Positions 31,001 through 39,735 of a stretch of DNA of 64,000 nucleotides are shown piece after piece. The position numbers were made by a program, and so were the translations under genes. Numbering within the stretch: the stretch's first letter is position 1; each line of letters begins with the position of its first letter. Under the pieces are notes generated by a model. It was not told where the DNA came from. It made no database searches and saw nothing but the letters and a program-made list of their open reading frames with translations. Where the stretch lies: IMG/VR virus record IMGVR_UViG_3300027793_000052, positions 253,984 through 317,983 of that record; one strand, given 5' to 3'.

Positions 31001-31141
31001 TTAGGTTTTGATAGCATAACTCAACCAATCCAAAGAAATAATATAAACACTAGATCTAATATACCTTATTATTATTTTGGTATAAACCCAGGTAAGACGG
31101 CAATAAATAAATTAAGAAAAGATTTCTTTGTTAAAAGATAG
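28070..31141 (+). CDS. Large virion protein with carboxypeptidase-regulatory-like beta sandwich, hydrophobic segment and Cys-rich region
   Basis: VVGRV...GVPNAKVSI...TNDAGDYMIFGVPVG; hydrophobic stretch near the middle of the protein; many Cys. Confidence 0.6.
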   Translation: MANESIRIRTTPGDNKNIRFKLDQEFDFLEILSLKITQEDLYQPFCADYGVVVGRVIANKGFGVPNAKVSIFVPITDEDEKNLLIKNFYPFKTPYQKNSDGIRYNLLLSKPTCSLNVGVGTFPNKEDMLDNDTVLEVFDKYYKYTTKTNDAGDYMIFGVPVGQHTVHMDVDLSDIGAVSIRPYDMISEGFPEKLFKSKTEFKTSTNLDSLPQIKVGDKGIEVIPFWGDPDTCEFGITRVDFDTNVQINSTALFFGSIFTDSGKMSLNLGCNPKNDQGEQDNFKTGAGIIRMIRAKQYDISEWVNNDKIVPIELENFDIDGGELIDDDGVFAFTLPMNIGHVITDEFGNLVPSNNPSIGVATKGMYRFKMNFIEPNENPKIRTAHMLFPSFGRDFDGTLGGVNGAGILGGTEDQRFNTNITTYKDIDKDFHLFEFKQLYTIAHYIKKYKKGINRFSFLGIKNTDVSTQTNPFPFTNAIWKFNLMYYINALFIDITSFILKFLTILTSICFGFCLNLVVKIPAELISFTVPVIDVTIKIPKNDIILFKFGICISICPFKWITNLLPQLPSGGRGFTLNCETVPSGEIEIDLQSCSADACCGQQTEVFKFEGGVGKCPAGSNCYQSCLNNETFIDGCFKPDNISSLPCINDIETWKCCAKVSLAEDLNLIRRVFFDAWVLGTAYLFQFKYKRKVNKKTGKVKKEKFCGPGSDTTRGDNYKKNKCCLDSGNGNDCDRCLLRGPGQTKSRSYFGIQDYHEKFHNATPTGADDIEDIIYCNALMPTKIVSLGRVEMCEDNLTQIENSINASRAISKYTQGHDFFTGTYNESGWDLGYWVDYLKETSYEDPREVIDYLASKRNCNLDPMFYGGIGCHEREMQDQEFFLMKEISKIYTDIITAPKPVGSDFTDVFEPAGGFVNPLANLPAIDISTSGGTAGDSGFEVDLEVGNRFSPCGSNGNCNPGSNWTTTWLDPNDDSANNFLGFDSITQPIQRNNINTRSNIPYYYFGINPGKTAINKLRKDFFVKR

Positions 31142-31181
31142 TAAAAAGATAATATAACGATATTTATAAAATAAAGTAAAA

Positions 31182-33230
31182 GTGAGTTACATTGACAAAA
31201 ATTCAAATATAGTTGTTTCGGCAAGGATGACCAACGAAGGAAGAAGATTACTTTCATTAGGTCTTTTAACTTTTGACACTTTTAGATTAGGTGATTCAAA
31301 CATTGATTATTCAACATTAGGTTCTTCTTATGATATTACATTAGAAAATATAATTAGAGCTAAGGCTGAAAATCCTGATTTAAAAACGCCATTATTACCT
31401 ACAGCGACAGCAACAGACACTTATGTCACAATACCAACACTAAATCCGGTTATTTTAGAACAATTAATAACAGCACCTAAAGTTGGTTTCTTTGATTATG
31501 GTACTGGTGGTACAATAACTTATACGGCTTACACAGATACAGTTTGTCATATACTACAGTCTGATACTATTATACCTTTAGCCGGCTTAACTGGTGGAAC
31601 TTCTATACCTATTAGACAATCAGGTTCTTACGGTTCAAACACTTATGAACCTAAAATTGGTGATTTAATGATGGTTAAAATGAGTAACGATGAGTTAGCC
31701 TTGACACAAACACCTACAGTAGTTGATTTAAACGTACCAGTACCATACCTATGGTTTCAAGTACAAGCGGTACAAAGTGGTTCTTTAACTGGTGATGACT
31801 TACAAATACAAATAGATAGAAATTTCGCTAGTTTCCCTTCTTATGGTGGAGCCAATGAAGCACAAGTTATATTTTATCCATTGGGTACTGGTGGTACACA
31901 AAACTCATTATTTAGTGATGGTGGTTTCTTCAGTGGTGGTTGTGTTTGGAATATGAACAATGTTTGGTCATACCCAATACCAGGTGTTGATGACAGCACA
32001 CACGAAACTTTTAATAAATACGGTTCTGAAACTTATATTGGTAGTAAAGAATATTTTGGATATACGTCAGAGATAGGTTTATTATATACAGCAAATACGG
32101 CTTGTAATTTAATACCATCAATTAGTATTATACATTACACCAATAAAGAAACATGTGATAATCAGAGTGAACAGAAATACGGTCAGAAATTTTATGTTGA
32201 TACAACAACACAAGACACACCTGAATTGATATTACCTACATTAATGTGGCATAAAGACTATAGTGGTAACACAATAGGTCATACTTTTATGACAACAGGT
32301 GACACTAAATTTGTTACCTTATCTGGTGTTAATACAACAGTTTATTATCATGATTTGGTAGATAAGTATGGTAATGCTGTTGGTAGAACTTATCCTGAGT
32401 TACACATGTTTACAATCGACAATCAAGAATTGGTTGCAGCAATGTCTTACAAATCAAACAGAAATTGGACTTTACCTACAATAATAACAACATTAGGATC
32501 AACAGTTGATGGTGTTATAGACGGTACTGAAACACTTTATGTAACTTATATGTTGGAAAGTACTTCAGGTTATACAAGTGGCTTACACTGTCAAAATACT
32601 GTTTGTGTTAATTTTGATACACAAGATTGTAAATGTAACCCAATTGATGCTAAAACAGTAGAGTTAACATTACCTAATGAATTTCCATTTATGAAAGTTA
32701 GTGGTGGAACAGGGTGGTACGCTGATAGATTTTATGCTTTAGTACAAAAACAAACTATTGGTACTTACCCTGATCCGACAGCTTGGGTTATGATAGATTT
32801 TACATCAGATATTGTTGGTCATACAGTTGGACAAAGGATTAATCCGGCAAACTTAGCAAATTCAACGTTTGAAGTTACGGCCACTAATTACGCTTCAGCA
32901 ACACCTTATGATTTAAATGATTACATAAAAATACCTGGGATAGCTGAAACAGAATATTTACAATTTGGTGATGAAAGATTTTTGTATGGTAACATTGAGT
33001 CAACAGGGGTAACAAACAAATACAGAACAAAATTTGTATTTACTGTACCACCTACACAATTTAATTGGTCAACAAACCCTACATGGTCAAATTCAAACCA
33101 ATATACACATATAAATGAGGTTTGTGTTTATGACGTTAATAAAACATTGGTGGCAATAGGTAAAATGAATTTACCGATTGAAAAGGTACCTAACGCTACT
33201 ATAATAATAGAAATTGCATTTGATTTATAA
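31182..33230 (+). CDS. Tail-fibre attachment-like structural protein (DUF3751-like termini)
   Basis: GTG start after TATTTATA (31161). N-term MTNEGRRLL...FRLGD; C-term INEVCVYD...LVAIGK...PIEK. Confidence 0.6.
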   Translation: MSYIDKNSNIVVSARMTNEGRRLLSLGLLTFDTFRLGDSNIDYSTLGSSYDITLENIIRAKAENPDLKTPLLPTATATDTYVTIPTLNPVILEQLITAPKVGFFDYGTGGTITYTAYTDTVCHILQSDTIIPLAGLTGGTSIPIRQSGSYGSNTYEPKIGDLMMVKMSNDELALTQTPTVVDLNVPVPYLWFQVQAVQSGSLTGDDLQIQIDRNFASFPSYGGANEAQVIFYPLGTGGTQNSLFSDGGFFSGGCVWNMNNVWSYPIPGVDDSTHETFNKYGSETYIGSKEYFGYTSEIGLLYTANTACNLIPSISIIHYTNKETCDNQSEQKYGQKFYVDTTTQDTPELILPTLMWHKDYSGNTIGHTFMTTGDTKFVTLSGVNTTVYYHDLVDKYGNAVGRTYPELHMFTIDNQELVAAMSYKSNRNWTLPTIITTLGSTVDGVIDGTETLYVTYMLESTSGYTSGLHCQNTVCVNFDTQDCKCNPIDAKTVELTLPNEFPFMKVSGGTGWYADRFYALVQKQTIGTYPDPTAWVMIDFTSDIVGHTVGQRINPANLANSTFEVTATNYASATPYDLNDYIKIPGIAETEYLQFGDERFLYGNIESTGVTNKYRTKFVFTVPPTQFNWSTNPTWSNSNQYTHINEVCVYDVNKTLVAIGKMNLPIEKVPNATIIIEIAFDL

Positions 33231-33457
33231 TGTCATTTATTGGTGGTGATACTGATAGTTTAAAGTTTGTTTTGACAAATAAGGGTAAACAAATATTGAT
33301 TGAAAAGGGATGGGAGAATTTAAACATTTACTATACTTTTTTTGATGATGATGTTAACTATACAATTAACTCATACCCTAATTTGATTTCAGATATAAAT
33401 GGTGTTGAAAATAAAGTGTTAGATGATAATACAAAATATAGATATAACTTAAAATAA
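33230..33457 (+). CDS. Small structural protein with LTxxG N-terminal motif
   Basis: FVLTNKGKQIL...FFDDDVNY parallels the N-termini of its neighbours. Confidence 0.6.
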   Translation: MSFIGGDTDSLKFVLTNKGKQILIEKGWENLNIYYTFFDDDVNYTINSYPNLISDINGVENKVLDDNTKYRYNLK

Positions 33458-34584
33458 TGGCTGCTGAATTACAATTTAGTTTAACAGAATTAGGGTATAA
33501 AACATTAATCAATAAGGGATTGGTTGATACGTTAACCCATTATAGTTTGGGTGACTTTGACCACAATTATACTATTAAAAATGCTACTAATAATATATTA
33601 GCAAAAATAACTGGTTACCACAATGAAACTACTAAAACTGAATGTGGTAAATCTAAATATGAAGGAATGTTCCCTACAGAGCCAACTACCGAAGAAATAT
33701 TAAATACAAGAAGTAGAGTACAAACAATTTTTAATAGAGTAGACTGTGATTACGAATTCAATGAACCTTCAATACAATTAAAAATTAATTTAAATACATG
33801 GTTAAACGATTTATCAAACATATCTACTTATAGTTATGATATGACTGAACATCTAACTTTAGACTTATGGAGTTACATTTCAATTTTAAATCAAAGAATA
33901 GATTTAACAACTAACGATTATAAAACTTATGATACCATAACTGATTGTGGTTTTATTTACACACCAATGACCACTGAGGACCTTAAACTTTTTAATATAC
34001 TTAGTCCTAAATACATGAAATCAGCTGAGAACGGACAAAAATATTTATATAACCAAACAGGTTTAAGATACAATTCCCCTCTATTATTAACTTTTTCAAC
34101 CAACTCCGTTAATGGTAACACAGTACACGGTACAAGAGGTTTATTAAGTTTAGTACCTAATGAGTGGGGTTACTATTGTGATGGACAATTTTTAACAATT
34201 GAAACTGTTGAAAATACTGATTCTAATAATTTCCCTTGGGAAAGTATATATCCGGCTGTTAAAATCGGTAATGGTATTTATGTGTTAAAAAGTAATGATA
34301 GTTTTTTAACTAAAAATAGGTTAATTGGTTATCTATATAATATGGTGGGTGTTACTGATAATACAACGACCGCATTACAGGGTTTAATAGATTATGCAAA
34401 ACTTTTCTTTAAAACTTATGGGTCACAAATGCCAGACGGTAGCTACCAAACAAAAATAAATTTTAATGTTTATGTTAAATCTGATAAAACAGACAACATA
34501 AATGAAGTTGTTGGTAACATATTTGGTATTACTTTATCTTATAACCCCTCCGACACCACATCACAAATAATTCAATTGATATAA
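33457..34584 (+). CDS. Structural protein with LTxxG N-terminal motif
   Basis: FSLTELGYKTL...YSLGDFDHNY. Confidence 0.6.
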   Translation: MAAELQFSLTELGYKTLINKGLVDTLTHYSLGDFDHNYTIKNATNNILAKITGYHNETTKTECGKSKYEGMFPTEPTTEEILNTRSRVQTIFNRVDCDYEFNEPSIQLKINLNTWLNDLSNISTYSYDMTEHLTLDLWSYISILNQRIDLTTNDYKTYDTITDCGFIYTPMTTEDLKLFNILSPKYMKSAENGQKYLYNQTGLRYNSPLLLTFSTNSVNGNTVHGTRGLLSLVPNEWGYYCDGQFLTIETVENTDSNNFPWESIYPAVKIGNGIYVLKSNDSFLTKNRLIGYLYNMVGVTDNTTTALQGLIDYAKLFFKTYGSQMPDGSYQTKINFNVYVKSDKTDNINEVVGNIFGITLSYNPSDTTSQIIQLI

Positions 34585-34586
34585 TT

Positions 34587-34811
34587 ATGGCAATAATATT
34601 ACCTACATACTCTCAAGATTATCTACCTTATCGTTATGCTGATAGAATAGAAAATAACGGATTATCAGAATATAATTTTTTCTATTCACCTGTTAGTAAA
34701 GTTTTTTGGTTTAAAAACCCAAAAGGTACTTTAACACAAGTAACAATAGATTTACCAACAATAGATAATTTAATAGAGGTAAATAATAACGGTCAAAGAA
34801 CAACTAATTAA
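34587..34811 (+). CDS. Small hypothetical protein
   Basis: 74 aa within the operon. Confidence 0.5.
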   Translation: MAIILPTYSQDYLPYRYADRIENNGLSEYNFFYSPVSKVFWFKNPKGTLTQVTIDLPTIDNLIEVNNNGQRTTN

Positions 34812-34819
34812 AAAAAATC

Positions 34820-35983
34820 ATGAGTTTGTTACCAGTAGAAAATGTATACACTAAAACTGAAACTGTAAAATCAGATTTATATAACATCTTAGGTGATGGT
34901 TTTACTTTTTATAAGGTTTTACCATTCACAGACACCAATTTTGGTAATTATTCTATAAGTCATATATGGGGTAATTTAGGTTATTATAATGAAATAAGTT
35001 ATAATACAACAAATAAATCAATAACATCTGGTGGTTTATTAGATACCATGTTAGCCGATTTACCGAAATCTTTTTATTCTAAAGGTATGATTATCGGTAT
35101 TGTCAATAACGATGATTATAGAGTAGAATTAAATGGTTATAATATTGGTCTTAGAATTCCTTTGAACTCAAGTTACTCTGGTATGACATCAGGTTTAACA
35201 GCCACCACTTTATATTCATCTTTTGTTTACGAACCTGGTATCTTAGATATTAGTGTTACAAATTTGTGTGATGGAACTAAGGCTGACAGTCAAACACAGG
35301 AATCAAATTATATATGGACATCAAACGTGGGTATAGGAGCCAAGTATAACTCAACGTCTGAAATGTATAAATCAGGTGTTGTTTATTTATTTAGTGATGA
35401 CATCTATTATACATTTACAGGTGGTACTGGTTCTAGTATTAGTTGGGGTTATCAGTTTGGTGTAGACAACAAATACTCTAAAGGAGCAAGATTAGCCAAC
35501 CCTAGTAAATCACAAACTTTATTCAAAAATACATATGACAGAGCCGTCGGTATGTTACATTTACAATCAGGTATTTTTTATTTGTGGGATGAAAATATTG
35601 TAGACGGTTTTAATTGGACCAACTTTACAGGAAACCAACTAACTGGGGCTACAACTACTAGTGGTAATACATACGCTGTTGTTGGTGATATAGACACATC
35701 CGTTTCACTTAAAGTAGACATTATATCCAAACCTAGTGATTGGAATAGTACAACAAATCCCTCGGCTATCGGTGAAGATTGTGGTACAGTATTTACTTCT
35801 ATATGTTTATACGATAATAATGGTAATCTATTAGGGGTTGCTAAAGCCAATGAGGCTATACAATTAAGTGACACAACTTATACACCACTTACTCTAGAAT
35901 TACCAATTTCTGGGGCCATCAATGATGATGTGAACGCCATTTGGAGTTCGGGTTTAATTGCGGGTTATGAGTTAGGGGTTTAA
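34820..35983 (+). CDS. Structural protein with DUF3751-like C-terminal motif
   Basis: WNSTTNPS...FTSICLYDNNGNLLGVAK parallels the C-terminus of 31182..33230. Confidence 0.6.
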   Translation: MSLLPVENVYTKTETVKSDLYNILGDGFTFYKVLPFTDTNFGNYSISHIWGNLGYYNEISYNTTNKSITSGGLLDTMLADLPKSFYSKGMIIGIVNNDDYRVELNGYNIGLRIPLNSSYSGMTSGLTATTLYSSFVYEPGILDISVTNLCDGTKADSQTQESNYIWTSNVGIGAKYNSTSEMYKSGVVYLFSDDIYYTFTGGTGSSISWGYQFGVDNKYSKGARLANPSKSQTLFKNTYDRAVGMLHLQSGIFYLWDENIVDGFNWTNFTGNQLTGATTTSGNTYAVVGDIDTSVSLKVDIISKPSDWNSTTNPSAIGEDCGTVFTSICLYDNNGNLLGVAKANEAIQLSDTTYTPLTLELPISGAINDDVNAIWSSGLIAGYELGV

Positions 35984-36008
35984 TAATAATATTAATTAAT
36001 TGTTTTAT

Positions 36009-36659
36009 ATGGAAATTAAAAAACGTATTCTTGGGCTTGATGTGAGCACCAAAACAATCGGGATGGCATTATTCGAAGAAGATGGTAAGTTATTAGAATT
36101 AACACACATCACACCGAAAATAAAACCACAACCAGAAAATAAAATAGAAGAGTTATTTAGAAAGGTTGATGCTTTTGAAAAACTTTTAACCAGATATATG
36201 GATTTAGAAATAGATAAGGTTATCATTGAAGAACCGTTATTGAATAGTAATAATGTTAACACAGTAGGTACTTTGTTACGTTTTAATGGTATGATTTCTA
36301 AAGTTGTTGATGATGTATTAGGTGTTGTACCTGAATTTATTTCTTCATATGATTCCAGGTCTCACGCTTTTCCAGAATTAATGTCCATAAGAACACAAGA
36401 TAAAAAAGGTATACTTTATAAAGAAAAAGATTTAAAATCTAAAAAACCTGTATTGTTTGGTGCATATCCATGGGATGTAGACAAAAAACAAATTATATGG
36501 GAAAAAGTTGCCGATAGAGAACCACAAATTGTTTGGGAATATGATAAAAATATGAAGTTGAAAAAAGAAAACTTTGATATGACTGATGCATATGCTTGTG
36601 TTTTAGGGTATATGCATAAAAACAATTTTTGGAAACCCAAAGTTATTTTACAAACTTAA
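36009..36659 (+). CDS. RuvC-like Holliday junction resolvase
   Basis: ILGLDVSTKTIG, VIIEEP, DKK, FDMTDAY acidic catalytic set. Confidence 0.8.
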   Translation: MEIKKRILGLDVSTKTIGMALFEEDGKLLELTHITPKIKPQPENKIEELFRKVDAFEKLLTRYMDLEIDKVIIEEPLLNSNNVNTVGTLLRFNGMISKVVDDVLGVVPEFISSYDSRSHAFPELMSIRTQDKKGILYKEKDLKSKKPVLFGAYPWDVDKKQIIWEKVADREPQIVWEYDKNMKLKKENFDMTDAYACVLGYMHKNNFWKPKVILQT

Positions 36660-36677
36660 AATTAATAGTTATATTTG
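36647..36677 (+). promoter_or_regulatory. Promoter TTTACA-N17-TATATTTG upstream of primase
   Basis: TTTACA 36647-36652; TATATTTG 36670-36677 also fits the Bacteroidota TAnnTTTG element. Confidence 0.6.
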
Positions 36678-36681
36678 TCAT

Positions 36682-37659
36682 ATGGGACAAATAGAATCCT
36701 CTTTACTATTAGACGTAATTCAAGAAATTTTAGGTAACCCTAGAAAGGAAAACCGAACTAAAGGACAATTTTCATTTGATTGTCCGGTTTGTTCTGCCGA
36801 AAAAGATATGCCACAAGGTGATGGTAAAGGTAACTTTGAAGTTAATGTCAATAAAGGTGTTTACCACTGTTGGTCCTGTGGCGGGACTCATAAAACACAT
36901 GGTTCCATAGGTAAATTAATAACCAAGTTTGGTCGTAAAGAACACAAGAAAAAACTAAAACAATTAGGTATCCAATTAGATGACGTTAAGTCACCAAAAA
37001 AGAAAGAAATACAAGAGGTAAGAGAAATACATTTACCTGAAGAATATACGCCCTTTGAAGGTACAAATTCTAACACTTTACCTTATAAAGAGGCTTGGAA
37101 TTATTTGACCAAGAATAGAAATTTACCACCAGATATAATCTATAAATATAAAATGGGTTATACCACTGAAGGTGATTATGCCTTTAGAATTATTGTCCCT
37201 TCTTATGATAAAGACGGCAAGTTAAATTATTTCACAGGACGCACATGGTTATCCAAAAAGAAACCTAAATATAAAAACCCTGACCTACCTAGGGAAGAGG
37301 TTATTTTTAATGAACAATTAATAAATTGGGATTCCACGATTTATATTGTGGAAGGACCTTTTGACCATATAGTGGTTTATAACTCCATACCAATGTTAGG
37401 TAAAGACCTACATTCAAAACTGTATGATAGTTTAATGAAAAAGGCCAATAGTTGGGTTGTTGTTCTGTTAGATGATGATGCTTGGGATAGAGCAAAACAA
37501 ATATACTCACAACTTAATGTGGGTAGGTTACATGGTAAAGTTAAAGTTATTAAAATGAAAGATGGTTATGACATATCACAGGTTAATGAAGAATTCGGTA
37601 GGGAAGGTGTAATAGACGTTTTAAAATCATCCGTTAAATTAAAAGAAAGTATGTTATAA
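36682..37659 (+). CDS. DNA primase (Zn finger + TOPRIM)
   Basis: CPVC...HCWSC, RIIVP, GR, PKYKN, IVEGPFD, LLDDD. Confidence 0.9.
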   Translation: MGQIESSLLLDVIQEILGNPRKENRTKGQFSFDCPVCSAEKDMPQGDGKGNFEVNVNKGVYHCWSCGGTHKTHGSIGKLITKFGRKEHKKKLKQLGIQLDDVKSPKKKEIQEVREIHLPEEYTPFEGTNSNTLPYKEAWNYLTKNRNLPPDIIYKYKMGYTTEGDYAFRIIVPSYDKDGKLNYFTGRTWLSKKKPKYKNPDLPREEVIFNEQLINWDSTIYIVEGPFDHIVVYNSIPMLGKDLHSKLYDSLMKKANSWVVVLLDDDAWDRAKQIYSQLNVGRLHGKVKVIKMKDGYDISQVNEEFGREGVIDVLKSSVKLKESML

Positions 37660-37680
37660 TTTTTGATATTTATAATTAAG

Positions 37681-37887
37681 ATGGGATTTAATAAAAGATA
37701 TGTTAATAAAAAAATAATTAAAACTGTTTTAAGTGAAGACGGTATTGATGCTTTGATAAATTTTATAAAAAAACCTGACGCTCTAATTATTGAGGATGTT
37801 TATTCACAAAAAGTTTGTGACATTATTTTGGACAACCAAAGTGGTGACGATATTTTAAACAAAATATTAAATATAGATAATGGCTAG
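37681..37887 (+). CDS. Small hypothetical protein
   Basis: MGFNKRYV start, 6 nt after TATTTATA. Confidence 0.55.
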   Translation: MGFNKRYVNKKIIKTVLSEDGIDALINFIKKPDALIIEDVYSQKVCDIILDNQSGDDILNKILNIDNG

Positions 37888-38629
37888 AAAAAGAGATAGC
37901 GTTGTTTGGTTGGAACCTAAAGAACATGTTTATATACATAAAGTTACAAATGAAAAATTTAAATCTGTAACAGGTGTTTTATCCATGTTGGAACCTGAAT
38001 TTAACTCTGAAGAAGTTGCATTAGCTATTTCTATGCAAGACCCCTCCAAGAAGAAGGAACAATATCAGAATATGTCTCAAGAGGAGATATTAGCCGAATG
38101 GAAACGTATTAACGATGAGGCTAATGAATATGGTACACAAATCCATGAAATAATGGAAAGGTATCTATTGGCTGACAAAATTTATATACCACAAGATGAT
38201 TATGAAAGGGAATTAATAACTAAATTTCAGGAGATAGATCCAATGACAAAAGGTACAATATACCCAGAAACTATTTTATTCTCTGAAAAACACAAATTGG
38301 CAGGTACTGCTGATATTATAGAGGATTGTGGTGACTACTTTAATGTATGGGATTGGAAAACTAATAAAGCTTTCAGATTTATTTCGGAATATAACCATTG
38401 GTTAAATCCACCTGTATCACACTTATCAGATTGTCAATATAATGTATACGCTTTACAATTATCAATCTACGCTTACATGTTTCAAATGGAAACTAAAAAG
38501 AAAGTGGGTAGATTGGGTATATTCTATTATGATAAAGAACAAGGATTTAAATTAATACCACTACCTTACATTGGTCTTGAGGCAAAGGCCGTACTAGATT
38601 ATTGGGTAAATAAGAACAACAAAAAATAA
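37880..38629 (+). CDS. PD-(D/E)XK exonuclease (RecB/Cas4-like fold)
   Basis: SVT, GTQIH, PE, LAGTADI, WDWKT, YALQLSIY. Confidence 0.85.
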   Translation: MARKRDSVVWLEPKEHVYIHKVTNEKFKSVTGVLSMLEPEFNSEEVALAISMQDPSKKKEQYQNMSQEEILAEWKRINDEANEYGTQIHEIMERYLLADKIYIPQDDYERELITKFQEIDPMTKGTIYPETILFSEKHKLAGTADIIEDCGDYFNVWDWKTNKAFRFISEYNHWLNPPVSHLSDCQYNVYALQLSIYAYMFQMETKKKVGRLGIFYYDKEQGFKLIPLPYIGLEAKAVLDYWVNKNNKK

Positions 38630-38646
38630 ATAATTTGATATATTGA

Positions 38647-38706
38647 TTATTTTTTTATTTCTTTCCTTTTTCCCCCAGTCCACTTATATATTGGTTCTAT
38701 TTTCAT
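38647..38706 (-). pseudogene. N-terminal remnant of a Dam/D12-class DNA adenine methyltransferase
   Basis: Not in the ORF track. Minus strand reads MKIEPIYKWTGGKRKEIKK*, matching the P-x-x-K-W-x-G-G-K N-terminal motif of Dam-family MTases. Confidence 0.6.
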
Positions 38707-38800
38707 TTATTGATTTTTTATCAATAATAACTAAAATAAATAAAAAGTACATAAAAATATTTTTATTGTTGTGTATTTATATCATACAAAAACAAAAGTT

Positions 38801-39109
38801 ATGCAAGAATTAAATTCAATTACCTATCAAGAAAAAATTAATGAAAATAAACTAACATTAGTTAAGTATGCCGCAAATTGGTGTGGGCCATGTCGCATGT
38901 TAACACCCATCTTAAATAAGGTGGTTGAAAATTATACCGATATTAATGTTGGTGAAGTTAATATTGACACACACCCTGATTTGGCTGTTAAAGATGGCAT
39001 TAGAGGTGTACCGACAATAGTTTTTTATAAAAATGGACAAGTTGTTGATAGAATGGTTGGATTACAACCGGCTCAAGTTTACCAATCTAAAATAGATAGT
39101 TTAAAATAA
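38801..39109 (+). CDS. trxA: Thioredoxin
   Basis: WCGPC active site, GVPT cis-Pro; ATG 38801 follows TATTTATA at 38774. Confidence 0.92.
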   Translation: MQELNSITYQEKINENKLTLVKYAANWCGPCRMLTPILNKVVENYTDINVGEVNIDTHPDLAVKDGIRGVPTIVFYKNGQVVDRMVGLQPAQVYQSKIDSLK

Positions 39110-39115
39110 AAAATA

Positions 39116-39673
39116 TTAATCTCTAACACGAAATTCAATAGAAAGACGGTCAAATCCCATCCAACCTTTAACAATTATCCAACGATATTCAAGGTTTGAT
39201 TGAGGAATAAAACCGTCTTTTAGTTGTATACCAATATTAGATTGTGAAATATTATCCAATATTTCTTGACCAACATTCAATCTAACACCATTAATAAATT
39301 TATTATAATTGGTGACAGCCAAATCATAATCCCCATAACCAAATATTTGAATAACTTTATTCACAGCATCATGACTAGCTACCTTAAAAATAGGTTCAGA
39401 ATATAAAGTCCAATCCTTTAATTTATCTTTATTATATTTTTTAATTTCAACACCATCACCATTTGGTGTAATTGCGTCATACTTATGAAAGACACTACCT
39501 TCTATGGGATAAAACTTTGTTGGGTCAAAATCAACCGAAGATATTTTTTGAAAATTAGAACGACCACTTCCTGACCACTTAATTCTAGGTGACTTAGAAA
39601 CACGACGCCAACCTAAGGTCTCACATATGGAATATTCAAAATCCACACCAGTTTTATTTCTACTTTGTCCCAT
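39116..39673 (-). CDS. Putative PD-(D/E)XK endonuclease, restriction-enzyme-like
   Basis: N-terminal helix G-x-x-F-E, KYDA, VEIKK. Confidence 0.55.
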   Translation of the reverse strand: MGQSRNKTGVDFEYSICETLGWRRVSKSPRIKWSGSGRSNFQKISSVDFDPTKFYPIEGSVFHKYDAITPNGDGVEIKKYNKDKLKDWTLYSEPIFKVASHDAVNKVIQIFGYGDYDLAVTNYNKFINGVRLNVGQEILDNISQSNIGIQLKDGFIPQSNLEYRWIIVKGWMGFDRLSIEFRVRD

Positions 39674-39703
39674 TTACAGATTAAGTATTTTAACGTATTA
39701 TTG
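39673..39703 (+). promoter_or_regulatory. Promoter TTTACA-N17-TATTATTG upstream of the first DUF4338-like gene
   Basis: TTTACA 39673-39678; TATTAT 39696-39701. Confidence 0.55.
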
Positions 39704-39735
39704 TAAGTATATAATATTTTTTTAAAAAAGTAAAA

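Noticed and set aside
37880-38629. Cas4 as part of a CRISPR system
   Set aside because: PD-(D/E)XK exonuclease without the four-Cys Fe-S pattern or cas neighbours; typical phage exonuclease next to primase.
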